From positions 1,344,001 through 1,408,000 of the forward strand of contig OY843751.1 of assembly GCA_963693055.1 (NCBI GenBank): 64,000 bases of DNA. The letters are read 5' to 3'. The position numbers were made by a program, and so were the translations under genes. How positions within the stretch are numbered: position 1 is the first letter of the stretch; each line of letters begins with the position of its first letter. Positions 62,655 through 64,000 of the stretch are shown piece after piece. The stretch is from a bacterium (GTDB taxonomy: Bacteria; Zhuqueibacterota; Zhuqueibacteria; Residuimicrobiales; Krinioviventaceae). The notes under the pieces are model-generated. The model was not told where the DNA came from. It saw nothing but the letters and a program-made list of their open reading frames with translations, and made no database searches.

Positions 62655-62683
62655 TTGACATTATTACATCATATGGATATATT
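62655..62683 (+). promoter_or_regulatory. Sigma70-type promoter for the KH-domain gene
   Basis: TTGACA-17 nt-TATATT. Confidence 0.7.
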
Positions 62684-62819
62684 CAAAAAGGGAGGCCATA
62701 CATAGTTGTTTAGTATTACTTTAGGGAGGGTTGTGTTTCCACAAAAGTGCCAAATCGTATGAATATCATCATGTTCGAATGGAAAATGACATTAATCCTA
62801 TCAGAAGGGGATTTTGGTT

Positions 62820-63050
62820 ATGAAGGAATTTGTTGAACACATTGTAAAGCACCTCGTCGATAATCCTGACGCTGTTAAAGTTACTGAAGTTTTTGGTGAA
62901 ACAACTGTCGTCTATGAACTTCGCGTTGATCAACCGGATATGGGTAAAGTTATTGGTAAAAACGGCAGAACTGCTCACGCAATACGAGTAATTTTAAGCG
63001 CAGTAGCTAGAAAGGCTGGAAAACACGCCACCCTTGAAATATTAGAATAA
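62820..63050 (+). CDS. khpA: KH-domain RNA-binding protein KhpA (UPF0109)
   Basis: [34 protein letters not shown]. Confidence 0.9.
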   Translation: MKEFVEHIVKHLVDNPDAVKVTEVFGETTVVYELRVDQPDMGKVIGKNGRTAHAIRVILSAVARKAGKHATLEILE

Positions 63051-63102
63051 ATAGCAAAGATTACAATGTCTTTGTAGTACTAGACTCAGGAAAATGGTTT
63101 TT

Positions 63103-63135
63103 AAAAAGACCATCTGCATCCGCATGATGGTTTTT
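63103..63135. terminator. Bidirectional terminator between khpA and rlmH
   Basis: AAAAAGACCATC..GATGGTTTTTT hairpin. Confidence 0.6.
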
Positions 63136-63603
63136 TTATTTATGATATTTTTCTCCTCTTAGAATGGTATGCGCTCTGTAGATTTGTTCAAGCAGCATGA
63201 CAGCTGCCAGTTCATGTGGAAACGTCATTTTTGAAAATGATACTTTTTGTTCCGCTTTACTGACAATCTCAGGCGCAAGCCCATGGGGACCCCCAATAAT
63301 AATGGTTACAGATTGCCTTCCATTATTTTGCTGGACCTGAATCCAATTTGCAAACTCTATTGAAGAGAATTGTTTCCCCCCTTTATCCATGACTATGGTA
63401 TACTCTGTGGGTGACAGTTTTTTTTCCAGCTTGATCTTTTCCCGCTCAAGTATTTCAGATTCTGACAGTTTGGCAATCTTTTCAGGTTTTATAAAATCCA
63501 TTTCAATGGCAGTATAGTGCTTTATTCGTTTGAGGTACATGTCTATTGCTGCTTTGAATTGCGGATTTTCGGGTTTGCCAACTGTTAATATTCTGATCTT
63601 CAT
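63136..63603 (-). CDS. rlmH: 23S rRNA (pseudouridine1915-N3)-methyltransferase RlmH
   Basis: IIGGPHGL, SFSKMTFPHELA and LLEQIYRA..I..GEKYHK motifs. Confidence 0.95.
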   Translation of the reverse strand: MKIRILTVGKPENPQFKAAIDMYLKRIKHYTAIEMDFIKPEKIAKLSESEILEREKIKLEKKLSPTEYTIVMDKGGKQFSSIEFANWIQVQQNNGRQSVTIIIGGPHGLAPEIVSKAEQKVSFSKMTFPHELAAVMLLEQIYRAHTILRGEKYHK

Positions 63604-63609
63604 TTGTCT

Positions 63610-64000
63610 CTATAAAAAGGATTTGATGGATTCTGCCACAAGTTCAACACCGTGCGCTATTTTGTCTTCAGGGGTATTGCAAAATGAAATTCGCATACAA
63701 TTGTTTCGTTCACCTAACGGATCAAACGTATTACCAACAACAAATACGGCGCCTTTATCAATTGTTTTTTTCAAAATGTCCATTGCGTTCAATTGTTCCG
63801 GCAAAGTGACCCAGATATAGAATCCACCTTTGGGGCGTGTCCAGGTTACTCCCTCTGGCATAACAGCGTCAAGTGCTTCCAGCATCAATTCTGATCTTTT
63901 TTTGTAGGCTTTTCGTAATTTTGCCAGATAGTCCGGTAAACGGTTTTGTACCAGAAATTCATGAGCCAAAACCTGACTAAGAGTAGATGTACATGCATCT
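63610..64000 (-). CDS. PLP-dependent aminotransferase class I/II (ARO8/LysN-like), 5'-truncated by the window
   Basis: WTRPKGGFYIWV..G..F..MRISF C-terminal motifs. Confidence 0.8.
   Translation of the reverse strand, partial: DACTSTLSQVLAHEFLVQNRLPDYLAKLRKAYKKRSELMLEALDAVMPEGVTWTRPKGGFYIWVTLPEQLNAMDILKKTIDKGAVFVVGNTFDPLGERNNCMRISFCNTPEDKIAHGVELVAESIKSFL

Overview
Bacterial chromosomal window, most likely from a non-Bacteroidota FCB-superphylum lineage (KSB1/Calditrichota/Marinimicrobia-like, by inference). About 60 kb is an accessory array of secreted and surface proteins lying just downstream of groES-groEL. It holds 14 genes ending in a T9SS/FlgD-Ig-type C-terminal domain (YPNPFNPxT), four large proteins ending in a dockerin-like duplicated Ca-binding motif, two cohesin-like partners, five Fib_succ_major (FISUMP) genes, three phage-tail-collar proteins, a CE8 pectin methylesterase, an S9 peptidase, two hybrid two-component AraC regulators and one TPR-AraC regulator. 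The headline is two adjacent ~1.85-kb elements (2333-4171 and 4265-6137). Each encodes only a pair of DUF1670-like proteins, has its own terminal inverted repeats and has an A9 run at the ORF junction. Each is inserted at the stop codon of a secreted-protein gene, in the same reconstructed target GTTTGTRAAATAAAC. Together these suggest an undescribed site-selective mobile element family. Also seen: a five-site direct-repeat regulon with a fixed-distance -10 box (one promoter split by an IS5), putative cohesin-dockerin gene pairs, mosaic gene conversion among paralogs, and a perfect CIRCE before groESL. All family assignments come from motif recognition by eye, not database searches.
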